From contig CACBMH010000004.1 in assembly GCA_902539825.1 (NCBI GenBank), positions 1-61,466 of the forward strand: a stretch of 61,466 bases of DNA, given 5' to 3'. Under the pieces are notes generated by a model, which saw only the letters and a list, made by a program, of their open reading frames with translations, was not told the origin of the DNA and did no database searches. This document shows positions 19,829-30,846 of the stretch, piece after piece (the first letter of the stretch is position 1; each line of letters opens with the position of its first letter). This DNA comes from an uncultured Alphaproteobacteria bacterium (GTDB lineage Bacteria > Pseudomonadota > Alphaproteobacteria > HIMB59 > GCA-002718135). A program made the translations under genes and the position numbers.

Positions 19829-21114
19829 TTTCAGATTTGTTTACTAAAGGAATTAAAGAAGCAGACCCAGAGGTTTATGGGACTCTAAGCCGTGAACTAG
19901 AAAGACAGCAAAACCAAATAGAGTTGATAGCATCTGAAAATATTGCTTCAAGATCAATTTTAAATGCTCAAGGCTCTGTCATGACAAATAAATATGCAGA
20001 AGGTTATCCTGGTAAACGATATTATGGTGGGTGTGAATTTGTTGATCAAGCTGAAGAGATTGCTCTAGAAAGAGTTAAAAAACTTTTTAATTGTAAATTT
20101 GCAAATCTACAACCGCATAGTGGAGCTCAGGCAAACCAAGCAGTCTTTCTAGCGTTACTTCAACCACATGATACTATTTTAGGTATGTCTCTTGCATCAG
20201 GCGGTCACTTAACTCATGGAGCAAAACCTAATCTATCTGGTAAATGGTTTAATGCTGTTCAATACGGTGTAAAAAAAGATGGCAATGATAAAGATTTAAT
20301 TGATTATGATGAAGTTGAAGCTTTAGCTTTAGAGCATAAACCAAAAATGATAATAGCGGGAGCATCCGCTTATCCTAGGACAATAGATTGGAAAAAATTT
20401 AGAGAAATAGCTGATAAAGTAGGAGCATATTTTTTAGTTGATATGGCTCACTATTCTGGTTTGGTTGCTGGTAAACAATATCCAAATCCGATTGAGCATG
20501 CCCATGTAGTAACTTCAACAACTCACAAAACTTTAAGAGGCGCAAGAAGTGCAATGATTTTAACTAATCATGAAGATTTATATAAAAAAATTAATTCTGC
20601 TGTTTTCCCCGGATTACAAGGTGGTCCACTAATGCATGTAATTGCAGCTAGAGCTGTCTGCTTTGGTGAAGCACTTAAACCTGAATTCGAAGAATATATT
20701 AAAAACGTAATTGCTAGTGCCAAAGTTATGGCAAAAACTTTAGTTGATAGAGGATTTAGAATTGTAACTGGGGGCACAGATTCACATATAGTTTGGTTAG
20801 ACTTGACACCAAAAGGTTTAACTGGAGACAAAGCTGAAAAAATTTTAGAAGAAGTTGGATTAGCATGTAACAAAAATGCAATTCCATATGATCCTAATCC
20901 ACCAAAAATAACTAGTGGACTTAGATTTGGTACAGCAGCTGCTACGACCAGAGGTTTTAATCAGAAAGATTTTGAACAAGTTGGAAATATGATAGCTGAT
21001 ATTTTGGATAGTCTTTTACTTGAAGAAAATGAGAGAAATGTAGTTTTTAATAAAACAAGAAAAGATGTAATTGAGCTTTGCAATAAATATCCAATTTATA
21101 GTGAGGCATTTTAA
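19825..21114 (+). CDS. glyA: Serine hydroxymethyltransferase
   Basis: [31 protein letters not shown] (PLP Lys). Confidence 0.98.
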   Translation: MISDLFTKGIKEADPEVYGTLSRELERQQNQIELIASENIASRSILNAQGSVMTNKYAEGYPGKRYYGGCEFVDQAEEIALERVKKLFNCKFANLQPHSGAQANQAVFLALLQPHDTILGMSLASGGHLTHGAKPNLSGKWFNAVQYGVKKDGNDKDLIDYDEVEALALEHKPKMIIAGASAYPRTIDWKKFREIADKVGAYFLVDMAHYSGLVAGKQYPNPIEHAHVVTSTTHKTLRGARSAMILTNHEDLYKKINSAVFPGLQGGPLMHVIAARAVCFGEALKPEFEEYIKNVIASAKVMAKTLVDRGFRIVTGGTDSHIVWLDLTPKGLTGDKAEKILEEVGLACNKNAIPYDPNPPKITSGLRFGTAAATTRGFNQKDFEQVGNMIADILDSLLLEENERNVVFNKTRKDVIELCNKYPIYSEAF

Positions 21115-21567
21115 ATGAGATGCCCCTTCTGTAGTAATGAAGATACACAAGTAAAAGACTCAAGACCTACAGAAGATAATACAGCAATTAGAAGAAGAAG
21201 AGTTTGTGATGCTTGCGGCTCTAGATTTACAACTTTTGAGAGAATTCAGCTAAGAGATTTGGTCGTAATGAAAAGTAACGGTCAAAAAGAAAATTTTGAT
21301 AGAGATAAAATGTATAGATCTCTCTCTTTAGCTTTAAGAAAAAGAAATGTTGATAATGAAAAAATTGAAAAAATTGTTAATGCTATTGTAAGAAAATTAG
21401 AAAACTCAGGAGAAACTGATATAAAATCTAATATTATCGGTCAGTACATTATGGAAGCTTTAATGCATTTAGATCAGGTAGCATACGTCAGATTTGCATC
21501 TGTTTACAAAAATTTTAGAGAAGCAAAAGATTTTGAAGATTTCTTAGGTAATTTAGAAGATAAATAA
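21115..21567 (+). CDS. nrdR: Transcriptional repressor NrdR
   Basis: MRCPFC..DSR..IRRRRVC..C..RFTTFE, ATP cone, [10 protein letters not shown]. Confidence 0.97.
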   Translation: MRCPFCSNEDTQVKDSRPTEDNTAIRRRRVCDACGSRFTTFERIQLRDLVVMKSNGQKENFDRDKMYRSLSLALRKRNVDNEKIEKIVNAIVRKLENSGETDIKSNIIGQYIMEALMHLDQVAYVRFASVYKNFREAKDFEDFLGNLEDK

Positions 21568-21573
21568 TTTTTA

Positions 21574-22656
21574 GTGTCTCAACAAAATGTAAAGATGATT
21601 AATTTAGCTCATGATATTGCTAAAAAAAAATTTGGAAAAACTTTCCCTAACCCCACAGTGGGCTGTGTAATAGCAAAAAATTCAAAAATAATCTCTAAAG
21701 CTGTAACGAATAAATCTGGAAGGCCTCATGCCGAAGAAATAGCTCTAGCTAAAGCTGGTCATAAAGCTAAAGGAGCTTCAATGTATGTTACTTTAGAACC
21801 ATGTTTTCATAGTTCAAAAGATGGATCATGCACAGATCAAATATTAAGATCAGGAATTAAAGAAATATTTATATCTGCGGCTGATCCAGATGTTAGAACT
21901 AATTATAAAAGTATTAAAAAGTTAAAAAAAAATAATGTAATTGTAAATGTAGGTTTAGAAAAGAATAGAACATATAATTTAAATAAATTTTTTTTTAAAA
22001 GTGTTTTAAAGAAAAAACCATTTACAAAAGTTAAAATTGCAACTTCTGCAGATGAAAAAATTGCATGGCATGATTATAAAAGTAAATGGATATCTAATAA
22101 ATCAAGCAGAGAATATGCGCATAAGTTAAGATCAATGAGTCAAGCTATTTTAACTACTTCAAAAACTGTATTAAAAGATGATCCAAGATTAACTATAAGA
22201 TTAAAAAAAACTTTAGAGCAACATATTCCAATAATAATAATTGATAATAATCTAAAAATACCAATGAAATCAAAAATATTAAAAGATATATCTAAAAAAA
22301 GAATTATTATTTTTACATCTAAAAAAAATAAAAAATCTGAAAATTTAATTAAATTAGGATGTGAAATTATATTTTGTAAATTAAATAAAAACAAAAAACT
22401 AAATTTAAAAAATATTTTTAGTAAAATATACTCATTAAAAATATCAGATTTATTAGTTGAAGCAGGGGGTATTTTTTTTACAGAATTGTTAAATAAAAAT
22501 TTAGTGGATGAAATTCATTTATTTAAATCCAAAATTATTATAGGAAAACATGGTAAGCCAGCAATTGTTGGAAAAAAACTTAGTCAATTAAATTTATTTT
22601 TAAATGAAAGAAAAAAATTCAAAGACGATATATATGCGAACTACCAGGTGAATTAA
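21574..22656 (+). CDS. ribD: Bifunctional riboflavin deaminase/reductase
   Basis: PNPTVGCV, HAE, VTLEPC...C, DDPRLT, LLVEAGG; GTG start. Confidence 0.94.
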   Translation: MSQQNVKMINLAHDIAKKKFGKTFPNPTVGCVIAKNSKIISKAVTNKSGRPHAEEIALAKAGHKAKGASMYVTLEPCFHSSKDGSCTDQILRSGIKEIFISAADPDVRTNYKSIKKLKKNNVIVNVGLEKNRTYNLNKFFFKSVLKKKPFTKVKIATSADEKIAWHDYKSKWISNKSSREYAHKLRSMSQAILTTSKTVLKDDPRLTIRLKKTLEQHIPIIIIDNNLKIPMKSKILKDISKKRIIIFTSKKNKKSENLIKLGCEIIFCKLNKNKKLNLKNIFSKIYSLKISDLLVEAGGIFFTELLNKNLVDEIHLFKSKIIIGKHGKPAIVGKKLSQLNLFLNERKKFKDDIYANYQVN

Positions 22657-23246
22657 TGTTTACAGGTATTATTCAAGATTTAGGAACAATAAAAAACAAA
22701 GATGTGGGACTTTACCAAATATCTACGAATCTTGATTTGAGTAATTGTAAGGAAGGTTCTTCAATTTCTTGTAATGGAGTGTGTCTTACAGCAAAGAATA
22801 TAACTCCATCAAACAACAAATCATTTAGCTTTGATGTGAACATAGGAGAAGAAACCTTGCTAAGAACAAATCTAGCTAATTCTATTTTAAAAAATGAAAA
22901 AATTAATTTAGAAAAATCTCTTTTGATAGGTGATGAAATCAGTGGTCACTTTGTTTATGGTCATGTTGACACCACAACTGTCGTTAGTGAAATTTTAGAA
23001 CTTGAAAATAGTTGGGAATATCATTTTGAAAAAAAATTTAATAAAAATAATAGATTTATTGTTGAAAAGGGATCTATTTCAATAAATGGTATTTCTTTAA
23101 CAGTAGCAAAAGTAGAAAACAATACTTTTATGATTTCTGTAATAGACCATACATTTAATCATACTAATTTAAAATATTTACAAAAAAGTGATCAAGTAAA
23201 TATTGAATTTGATTATCTTGCGCGCTTTATACTTAACAATGAATAA
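22656..23246 (+). CDS. ribE: Riboflavin synthase (alpha chain)
   Basis: MFTGII, SISCNGVCLT, GHFVYGHVD, KGSISINGISLT, VNIEFD. Confidence 0.96.
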   Translation: MFTGIIQDLGTIKNKDVGLYQISTNLDLSNCKEGSSISCNGVCLTAKNITPSNNKSFSFDVNIGEETLLRTNLANSILKNEKINLEKSLLIGDEISGHFVYGHVDTTTVVSEILELENSWEYHFEKKFNKNNRFIVEKGSISINGISLTVAKVENNTFMISVIDHTFNHTNLKYLQKSDQVNIEFDYLARFILNNE

Positions 23247-24342
23247 AGATAACATTGAAGAAAGTTTATCTTCTATTGAAGAAATCATAGAAGATGCAAG
23301 AAGTGGTAAAATGTATATTCTTGTCGATGATCCCGATAGAGAAAATGAAGGTGATTTAATCATTCCTGCTCAATATGCTAGCCCTCAAACTATTAATTTT
23401 ATGGCAAAGCATGGAAGGGGATTAATTTGTTTAGCATTAACTAAGGATAGAATAGAAGAATTGGAACTCCCCTTAATGAACCCAAGTAATATAAAGAATG
23501 ATTTAACTGCTTTTACTGTTTCGATTGAGGCAAAAGAAGGAGTGACAACCGGAATATCTGCAGCTGATAGAGCTCATACAATATCAGTAGCTGTGAATAA
23601 TAATAAAAACAAGAATGATCTTGTTTATCCTGGTCACGTTTTTCCTCTTATGGCATGGGATGGGGGCGTATTAGTACGTGCTGGTCATACAGAGGCAGCA
23701 GTTGACATATCAAAACTTGCAAATCTAAATCCTTCTGGCGTTATTTGTGAAATTATGAGCGAAGATGGATCTATGGCGAGATTACCAGAAATTATCGAGT
23801 TTGCAAAATTACATAATTTGAAAGTAGGAACGGTTAGTGATTTAATTAAGTTTAGGCTTAAAAAAACTAAAATTGTCGAACAGATCTCCGAAAGACCATT
23901 TGAAAGTGAGATGGGGTCACAATTGACTCTAAAAGTTTTTCAAAATACTATTTCCGGTGAAAAGCATTACGCTCTAGTAAAAAATCTAAGTAATGTAAAT
24001 GAAGCTGTACTTGTTAGAATGCACAGATTGGATGTAACAAAGGATATATTTGAAGAAAAAAATATTTTTGGAAGTGAAATTAAGTCTGCCTTTAAACTTA
24101 TAGAGAAGAATGGATCAGGAGCTATAGTTTTAATAAATAGTGACATGTCACCAAACATACTAAAAGCTTTTAATAAAAGAAAAAGATCAAAAAATAAATT
24201 AGAACTAAGAGAATATGGTGTAGGTGCTCAGATTTTATCATTACTTCAAATAAATAAAATTATATTATTAACAAACACTAAGAAAAGAATTATTGCCTTG
24301 GATGGATTTAATATTGAAATAGTCGATCAGAGAAAAATATGA
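23239..24342 (+). CDS. ribB: 3,4-dihydroxy-2-butanone 4-phosphate synthase fused to a degenerate GTP cyclohydrolase II domain (RibBX type)
   Basis: DDPDRENEGD, TTGISAADR, RAGHTEA, ICEI. The C-terminal domain has REYGVGAQIL but no Zn-binding Cys. Confidence 0.93.
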   Translation: MNKDNIEESLSSIEEIIEDARSGKMYILVDDPDRENEGDLIIPAQYASPQTINFMAKHGRGLICLALTKDRIEELELPLMNPSNIKNDLTAFTVSIEAKEGVTTGISAADRAHTISVAVNNNKNKNDLVYPGHVFPLMAWDGGVLVRAGHTEAAVDISKLANLNPSGVICEIMSEDGSMARLPEIIEFAKLHNLKVGTVSDLIKFRLKKTKIVEQISERPFESEMGSQLTLKVFQNTISGEKHYALVKNLSNVNEAVLVRMHRLDVTKDIFEEKNIFGSEIKSAFKLIEKNGSGAIVLINSDMSPNILKAFNKRKRSKNKLELREYGVGAQILSLLQINKIILLTNTKKRIIALDGFNIEIVDQRKI

Positions 24343-24740
24343 AAAATAGAATTCTAATAGTTTCAGCAAATTATTATAAAGAAATATCAAAAAATCTTGA
24401 GTTGGGTGCAATCAATGCACTTAAAGAGAATGGTTTTGAATACGAAGTTATTAATGCACCGGGTTGTTTCGAAATTCCTTACCTAATTAAAAAAAATATT
24501 AGTAATTTTAAAGGATTTATTTCTTTAGGATGTATAATTAAGGGTGACACATATCACTTCGAAGTTATCGCTAATGAAACTTCTAGAAAAATTATTGATT
24601 TATCAGTTGATTTTAATGTTCCAATTGGATTTGGTGTCTTAACATGTTACGATTTAGAGCAAGCAATAATAAGAAGTGATGTTTATCAAAAAAATAAAGG
24701 TCAAGAAGCTGCATTAGCTTGCATAGAGTTATTGAAATAA
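24339..24740 (+). CDS. ribH: 6,7-dimethyl-8-ribityllumazine synthase
   Basis: PGCFEIP, LGCIIKGDTYHFE, PIGFGVLT, NKGQEAA. Confidence 0.96.
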   Translation: MKNRILIVSANYYKEISKNLELGAINALKENGFEYEVINAPGCFEIPYLIKKNISNFKGFISLGCIIKGDTYHFEVIANETSRKIIDLSVDFNVPIGFGVLTCYDLEQAIIRSDVYQKNKGQEAALACIELLK

Positions 24741-24743
24741 AAA

Positions 24744-25214
24744 ATGCAAAATTATATCAAGTCACAAACAAGACTTGCATTTGTTCAATATATTTTTCAG
24801 AATGAATTCTTAAATGCAGATTCTTTAGAAAGCATTGATGATTTTCAAAAGCATTTTTATAATACTAATATTGCTATAATTGAGGAGAAAAAAGAAATTA
24901 AACTCAAATTTAATAAAAATTTTTTAAATAGACTTTTTTCTAGTTTTAAAATCAATATTGATAAAAAAAATATTACAGAGGATTTAAATGCTTTTATCGA
25001 TATCAATCGTAGATTTGAAAAATGGGATAATATTTTAAAATCAATAATATTTGCAATAATTGCAGAATTATTAATTACTGAAAAAAATAAATTTAAAATT
25101 GTTTTTAATGATTACTTAAATATTAGTAAAAGTCTTGTTTCTCAAAAAGAAACTAATTTAATTAATGCTGTAATTCAAAAATATATAGATAAAAATGAAA
25201 TTATTAAAAAGTAA
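24744..25214 (+). CDS. nusB: Transcription antitermination factor NusB (divergent)
   Basis: RLAFVQYIFQ, NDYLNISK, INAVI pattern; ribH-nusB-thiL synteny. Confidence 0.75.
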   Translation: MQNYIKSQTRLAFVQYIFQNEFLNADSLESIDDFQKHFYNTNIAIIEEKKEIKLKFNKNFLNRLFSSFKINIDKKNITEDLNAFIDINRRFEKWDNILKSIIFAIIAELLITEKNKFKIVFNDYLNISKSLVSQKETNLINAVIQKYIDKNEIIKK

Positions 25215-26175
25215 TTTATCTGAAAAATTAATAATTAATAAATATTTAAAAAAATTAAATTTTAAAAATAAGGGAACATTTGATTTTGAAAATGATGGAG
25301 CATATTTAGACTTTAACAATAAAAATTATAAACTAACTGTTACAACTGACAGTATTTCTGAGAATATAGATTTTTTCTCTAATGATGATCCTAAATCAAT
25401 AGCCCAAAAAATTACAACTGTAAATTTATCTGATATTTTTGCTATGGGAGCCTTACCCCATTCTTATCTTTTGAATTTATATTTACCAAATCATATTAAT
25501 GAAAATTGGTTAAATTTATTTTCAAATCAATTAAAGAAAATACAAAATAAATATGGATTTTATCTTTTGGGAGGTGATTTATCAAAATCAAATAAACTTA
25601 TTGTTTCTGCAACTTTTTTTGGTTCTATAAAAAAGAAATTAGAATTATTTCAAAATAAATTTGATTTAAACGATGATATTTTGGTAACAGGTAATATTGG
25701 TGAGTCAAAGATTGGTTTAGAAATTTTAAAAAAAAATAATTCATTAAGTATAAATTTAAACCAATATTTTATTAAAAAATATTTATATCCCACACCTTGT
25801 AAACTTGGACCATTGATTGCAAATTATGTTAATTCAATGAAAGATATTTCTGATGGCCTTATTGGAGATTTAATTGATATGTTAAATGATAAATATGGTG
25901 CATTGATTAATGTAAATAAAATTCCATTAAGTGTTAAAACAAAAAAAATTCTTAACAATAAAAATAATTTTAGATTAGAAGATCTTTTAAATGCTGGTGA
26001 TGATTACGGACTGATAATTATATCTAGTAAAAAAAATAGAAATAAAATTTTTAATATTGCTAATAAAAATAATATTAATGTTACTTTAATAGGGAAAATA
26101 ATAAGTGAAAAAGGAATTCATTTCGATTCACATTTAAATATAAAGAATATCAAGAAATTTGATCATTTCTTCTAA
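25195..26175 (+). CDS. thiL: Thiamine-monophosphate kinase
   Basis: NDGA, VTTD, NLSDIFAMGA, LLGGDLS, DISDGLIGDL, AGDDYGL. Confidence 0.92.
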   Translation: MKLLKSNLSEKLIINKYLKKLNFKNKGTFDFENDGAYLDFNNKNYKLTVTTDSISENIDFFSNDDPKSIAQKITTVNLSDIFAMGALPHSYLLNLYLPNHINENWLNLFSNQLKKIQNKYGFYLLGGDLSKSNKLIVSATFFGSIKKKLELFQNKFDLNDDILVTGNIGESKIGLEILKKNNSLSINLNQYFIKKYLYPTPCKLGPLIANYVNSMKDISDGLIGDLIDMLNDKYGALINVNKIPLSVKTKKILNNKNNFRLEDLLNAGDDYGLIIISSKKNRNKIFNIANKNNINVTLIGKIISEKGIHFDSHLNIKNIKKFDHFF

Positions 26176-26232
26176 AAACTTGATTTTTTCAATAGTTTCT
26201 GACATATCAGCCAAAATTTTAAGGAGTTTTCA

Positions 26233-28338
26233 ATGACAACACTGCAGGTATTAATTGTTTTATGCGGTCTAGCAGCCGTACTATATGGTCTAGTAACATC
26301 TAGGCAAATTTTATCACTTGGTTCTGGAAATGATAAAATGCAAGAAATTGCTGGCGCAATTCAAGAAGGTGCTAGAGCTTATTTAAACAGACAGTACATG
26401 ACAATAGCAATTGTAGGGGTTGTTATTTTTGCTCTTATTTGGATAGTTTTTGATTTGGCATCTGGAATTGGCTTTTTGATTGGAGCATTTTTTTCTGGTG
26501 CTGCAGGTTATGTTGGAATGAATATATCGGTTAGATCTAATGTTCGTACAACTCATGCTGCAAGTAATAGCTTAGCTGAAGGTTTATCAGTATCATTTAA
26601 AGCAGGTGCTGTAACTGGAATGCTAGTTGCAGGATTTGCACTTCTTTCTATTGCAATTTTTTATTTTGTTTTGCATAACTCTGGTTCATTTCCGGGGAGA
26701 GAGATTGTTGCTCCTTTAGTATCGCTTGGATTTGGAGCATCATTAATTTCAATTTTTGCAAGACTAGGTGGAGGTATTTTTACCAAGGGTGCAGATGTTG
26801 GAGCAGATTTGGTTGGAAAAGTTGAAGCTGGTATTCCTGAAGATGACCCAAGAAATCCTGCTGTTATTGCAGACAATGTTGGTGATAATGTCGGTGATTG
26901 CGCAGGTATGGCTGCAGATCTTTTTGAAACTTATGTTGTAACAGTAGTAGCTACAATGGTCCTGGCATCAATATTTTTCATAGAAAATTCTTATACAATG
27001 ATGATTTTTCCTCTAGCTATTGCAGGAGTTTGTGCATTAACAAGTATAATTGGCACTTATTTTGTTAGACTTGGTAAAAATAACAATATTATGGCTGCAC
27101 TTTATAGAGGATTTGCAGTATCGGCTATTTTATCTGCAGTTTTATTATATTTTGTTACAGATTATATAGTTGGTTTAAATAATGTTTTAGTTGTTGAAGG
27201 TACATCTACTCAATTTACAGGAATGTCACTTTTTATTTGTGGCTTACTTGGATTGATAATTACAGGATTAATAATTTGGGTAACTGAATATTATACAGGT
27301 ACTAATTATAGACCTGTTCAAAGTATCGCTCAATCATCAACAACCGGTCATGGTACAAATGTAATACAAGGTCTTGCAATAAGTTTAGAAGCAACTGCTT
27401 TACCAGCTTTAATTATTGTAGCAGGAATAATTTCAACATATTCACTTGCAGGTTTATTTGGTATTGCGATTGCGGTTACGACTATGTTAGCTTTAGCAGG
27501 AATGGTTGTTGCATTAGATGCGTATGGACCTGTAACTGATAATGCTGGCGGCATTGCAGAGATGTCAAATTTAGATGAAAATGTAAGAAAGACAACTGAT
27601 GCGCTTGATGCTGTTGGTAACACAACTAAAGCTGTAACCAAGGGGTATGCAATAGGATCAGCAGGATTAGGTGCTCTTGTTTTATTTGCAGCTTATACTG
27701 AAGATCTTGATCATTTTGCGAAAGATCCAAGTAGTCCTTTATATGGAATAGAAGTTTCATTTGATCTATCCAATCCTTATGTGGTTGTTGGTTTATTGCT
27801 AGGTGGGTTATTACCTTTCTTGTTTGGAGCCCTAAGTATGACTGCTGTTGGAAGAGCAGCTGGTTCAGTTGTATTAGAGGTTAGAAGACAGTTTAAAGAA
27901 ATTCCAGGTATAATGGAAGGTAAAGGAAAGCCTGAATACGGAACATGTGTTGATATTCTAACTAAATCTGCAATTAAGGAAATGATTATACCATCAATGC
28001 TACCTGTATTATCACCTGTTGTTGTCTATTTTGTTATATTATTAATAGCAGGACAAGCAGCAGCTTTATCATGTTTAGGAGCATTATTACTTGGTGTTAT
28101 TATAACTGGTTTATTTGTTGCAATTAGCATGACTGCAGGTGGTGGTGCTTGGGATAATGCAAAAAAATATATTGAAGATGGTAATCATGGAGGTAAAGGA
28201 AGTGAAGCGCATAAAGCAGCTGTAACAGGTGACACTGTAGGTGATCCTTATAAAGATACTGCTGGACCGGCAGTTAACCCAATGATTAAAATTACTAATA
28301 TTGTTGCATTATTACTTTTAGCCGCAATATCATTATAA
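26233..28338 (+). CDS. hppA: Membrane-bound H+-translocating pyrophosphatase (K+-independent type)
   Basis: [26 protein letters not shown] (Lys at the K+-dependence position), [11 protein letters not shown]; AAGGAG SD. Confidence 0.95.
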   Translation: MTTLQVLIVLCGLAAVLYGLVTSRQILSLGSGNDKMQEIAGAIQEGARAYLNRQYMTIAIVGVVIFALIWIVFDLASGIGFLIGAFFSGAAGYVGMNISVRSNVRTTHAASNSLAEGLSVSFKAGAVTGMLVAGFALLSIAIFYFVLHNSGSFPGREIVAPLVSLGFGASLISIFARLGGGIFTKGADVGADLVGKVEAGIPEDDPRNPAVIADNVGDNVGDCAGMAADLFETYVVTVVATMVLASIFFIENSYTMMIFPLAIAGVCALTSIIGTYFVRLGKNNNIMAALYRGFAVSAILSAVLLYFVTDYIVGLNNVLVVEGTSTQFTGMSLFICGLLGLIITGLIIWVTEYYTGTNYRPVQSIAQSSTTGHGTNVIQGLAISLEATALPALIIVAGIISTYSLAGLFGIAIAVTTMLALAGMVVALDAYGPVTDNAGGIAEMSNLDENVRKTTDALDAVGNTTKAVTKGYAIGSAGLGALVLFAAYTEDLDHFAKDPSSPLYGIEVSFDLSNPYVVVGLLLGGLLPFLFGALSMTAVGRAAGSVVLEVRRQFKEIPGIMEGKGKPEYGTCVDILTKSAIKEMIIPSMLPVLSPVVVYFVILLIAGQAAALSCLGALLLGVIITGLFVAISMTAGGGAWDNAKKYIEDGNHGGKGSEAHKAAVTGDTVGDPYKDTAGPAVNPMIKITNIVALLLLAAISL

Positions 28339-28340
28339 AA

Positions 28341-28769
28341 TTAAGGAGTAGTTGGTAATTCTTGTTGAGTTCCAACTCCTCCAAATATTTTCTCTAGCAG
28401 TCCTCTTTTAACTATTTCATTAGATGTCTTGTCATCAGAAAATTTAATATTTTTTATATCCTTAGTATTAAAAACTTTAGTATCAATTATTGTATCATTG
28501 TTATCTAATTTAAATACAAAAACATAGCTGTATTTTATTTCTTTTTTAAGTATTGATTTTTTTTCACTTACTTCAGAAAAATAAAAAAATTTATTTTCTA
28601 TTGGATCTACATAACTTGGGTGTCCAAGTTTGATTATTAAATTTTCTTTATTTTTAAAATTTATATTTTCAATATCCTTTTGATTTAAAATTTTACCAGA
28701 ATGTGTAGTTTTAATAGAACAATTTGCTAAAATAAAAAAAATACATATATAAATAACTATCTTATTCAT
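28341..28769 (-). CDS. bamE: Outer-membrane assembly lipoprotein BamE/SmpA
   Basis: Lipobox LANC, LGHPS, FFY, C-terminal LLEKIFGGVG; divergent from cbp3 as in alphaproteobacteria. Confidence 0.75.
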   Translation of the reverse strand: MNKIVIYICIFFILANCSIKTTHSGKILNQKDIENINFKNKENLIIKLGHPSYVDPIENKFFYFSEVSEKKSILKKEIKYSYVFVFKLDNNDTIIDTKVFNTKDIKNIKFSDDKTSNEIVKRGLLEKIFGGVGTQQELPTTP

Positions 28770-28772
28770 TAA

Positions 28773-29264
28773 ATGATATTACAATACTTAAAAAAAAAAG
28801 AAAATAAAGAGCAAATAATTGCTTATCATCAATATGAAAAAATCTTATCTGAAAGTAAAAAATTTTTAAATGATAATAACTTCTTTAAAATAAAAGATTA
28901 TAAATCATCTTTTGAAATTGTTTCTATTTTTTTAATTATGTTCATTCGTAAAAATTTATCAGGAGATAATAAAAAGCTTTTTTTTAAAGTTAATGATGAA
29001 TTAGTATCATTATTTATATCAGATCTTGATGAATCTTTGAGACAAAAAGGAATTGGAGATATGTCAATCGGAAAATATGTTAAATCTTATGTAAAAAAAT
29101 TTTATTTTAGAATAAGTAAATTTCCTGATGACAATAATCTTTATAAAAATGAATCTTTTATCGAATATTTAAAAATAACAGATTTAATTAAAAATGATGA
29201 TTATGTTGATGTTTCCAGAAAATTTAATGATAAATTTACTTATTTCATAAATTATGACAAATAA
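28773..29264 (+). CDS. Ubiquinol-cytochrome c chaperone (Cbp3/UQCC family)
   Basis: DLDESLRQKGIGDMSIGKYVK...FYFR signature. Confidence 0.85.
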   Translation: MILQYLKKKENKEQIIAYHQYEKILSESKKFLNDNNFFKIKDYKSSFEIVSIFLIMFIRKNLSGDNKKLFFKVNDELVSLFISDLDESLRQKGIGDMSIGKYVKSYVKKFYFRISKFPDDNNLYKNESFIEYLKITDLIKNDDYVDVSRKFNDKFTYFINYDK

Positions 29265-29334
29265 TTAATAAATTTTTACTAAAAATGAAGTAGATTTGTC
29301 TTGAATTAATTTTAAAAACTAATAATTGGAAAAA

Positions 29335-29526
29335 ATGGCTGTTCCTAAAAGAAAAACAAGTGTTTCAAAAAGAAATATGAGAAGATCTCACGACTCTTTA
29401 AAAAAAATAAATGTAATTTTAGATAAAAATTCAGGAGAGCCAAGATTATCTCATAAGATTGATCCATCTACCGGAATGTATAACGGTCGAGAAATTTTTA
29501 AAAAGAAAACAAAAGAAAATAATTAA
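29335..29526 (+). CDS. rpmF: 50S ribosomal protein L32 (Zn-free variant)
   Basis: [35 protein letters not shown]; no Cys. Confidence 0.96.
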   Translation: MAVPKRKTSVSKRNMRRSHDSLKKINVILDKNSGEPRLSHKIDPSTGMYNGREIFKKKTKENN

Positions 29527-29530
29527 AACT

Positions 29531-30544
29531 ATGTCTGAAAGGCAAGTGGTAATTGCCATAGATGCAATGGGTGGAGAGAATAGCCCCTATAAGGTCCTAA
29601 AAGGAGTTGAAATTTTTCTCCGAAATGAAAAAAAAACAAAAATTATATTTTTTGGAGATGAGGTATTAATTAATCAAAACATAAAAAATAATAATTTAAA
29701 TATATTCAACTTTGAAATCATTAATACCACTGAAACCATTTCAGATGAAGATAGTGTAAATACTATTTTAAGATCAAAAAAAAATAGTAGTATTTATAGA
29801 GGTTTAGAGTTTGCAAAAAATAATAACAACTCTGGTTTTGTTTCTTCTGGAAGTACCGCTGCTATTATGGTCCTTTCAAGACTTCATATGGGAATGATAG
29901 AGGGTATTGATAGGCCTGCAATTTGCTCTTTAGTTCCAAATAAAAAAAATTACTCACTAATGTTAGATTTAGGAGCGAATGTCATTGTTAGTGGTTCAAA
30001 CCTATTTCAATTTGCTTTGATGGGTTTTTGTTATTATTCAATAATAAATCCAAATATCAAACCAAAAATAGGTATCCTTAACATCGGAACAGAAAACAAT
30101 AAGGGACTAGAATTTTTACAGGATGCTGCAGACCTCATACAATCAAGTTTTTTAAAAGATAATTTTGTGGGCTTTATAGAACCAAATAAAATTACCTCTG
30201 GAGATTGTGATATCATTGTATCTGATGGTTATACTGGAAACATAATGCTAAAATCTGCAGAAGGTATTTCGAATTTTATAACTTCAAATTTAAGAGAAAT
30301 ATTTAATAAATCATTAATTAATAAAATTTCATACAAACTCATTGAAAAAGACTTAAAAATACTAAAGGATCAAGTTAATCCAGATATGTATAATGGAGCA
30401 ACTTTAATTGGTTTAAACGGCATTTCAGTAAAAAGTCATGGTAACGCAAATCCGTTAGCATTTAGTTATGCGTTGAAACAATGTCATAATTTCATTATTA
30501 ATGATCTTAATGAGAAAATTATTAATTCTGTAAAAAATAAATAA
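29531..30544 (+). CDS. plsX: Phosphate acyltransferase PlsX
   Basis: IAIDAMGGE, GIDRPAI, LDLGAN, LNIGTE, DGYTGNIMLK, VKSHG. Confidence 0.96.
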   Translation: MSERQVVIAIDAMGGENSPYKVLKGVEIFLRNEKKTKIIFFGDEVLINQNIKNNNLNIFNFEIINTTETISDEDSVNTILRSKKNSSIYRGLEFAKNNNNSGFVSSGSTAAIMVLSRLHMGMIEGIDRPAICSLVPNKKNYSLMLDLGANVIVSGSNLFQFALMGFCYYSIINPNIKPKIGILNIGTENNKGLEFLQDAADLIQSSFLKDNFVGFIEPNKITSGDCDIIVSDGYTGNIMLKSAEGISNFITSNLREIFNKSLINKISYKLIEKDLKILKDQVNPDMYNGATLIGLNGISVKSHGNANPLAFSYALKQCHNFIINDLNEKIINSVKNK

Positions 30545-30846
30545 TGGATAAGCACAATATATCGAGAGATGAAATTGCTGAAGCAATGAAAAATGAATTT
30601 GGCTTTAATAGGAAATTATGTTTGGACATGGTAAATGATATTATTGATATAATTATTGAAGGTCTAAAATTAGATGAAAAAGTAAAAATACATAATTTTG
30701 GAACATTTAAAATGAATAACAAAAGAAGTAGAATTGGTAGGAATCCAAAAACAAAGGAAGAATATAAAATTTCTAGTAGAAACGTAATAACCTTTAAGGC
30801 TAGCAAGATTTTATTAAAATATATTAATGATAAAATTAGTGACTAA
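30544..30846 (+). CDS. ihfA: Integration host factor alpha subunit
   Basis: VKIHNFGTF..KRSRIGRNPKT..ISSRNVITFKAS; position before MerR gene. Confidence 0.88.
   Translation: MDKHNISRDEIAEAMKNEFGFNRKLCLDMVNDIIDIIIEGLKLDEKVKIHNFGTFKMNNKRSRIGRNPKTKEEYKISSRNVITFKASKILLKYINDKISD

Noticed and set aside
6380-30806. Numerous short ORFs antisense to or overlapping core genes (e.g. 6380-6589, 6974-7300, 10801-11088, 11152-11538, 15604-15831, 20568-20873, 27348-27641, 30522-30806)
   Set aside because: They lie on the opposite strand of well-supported genes and have no motifs; typical shadow ORFs.
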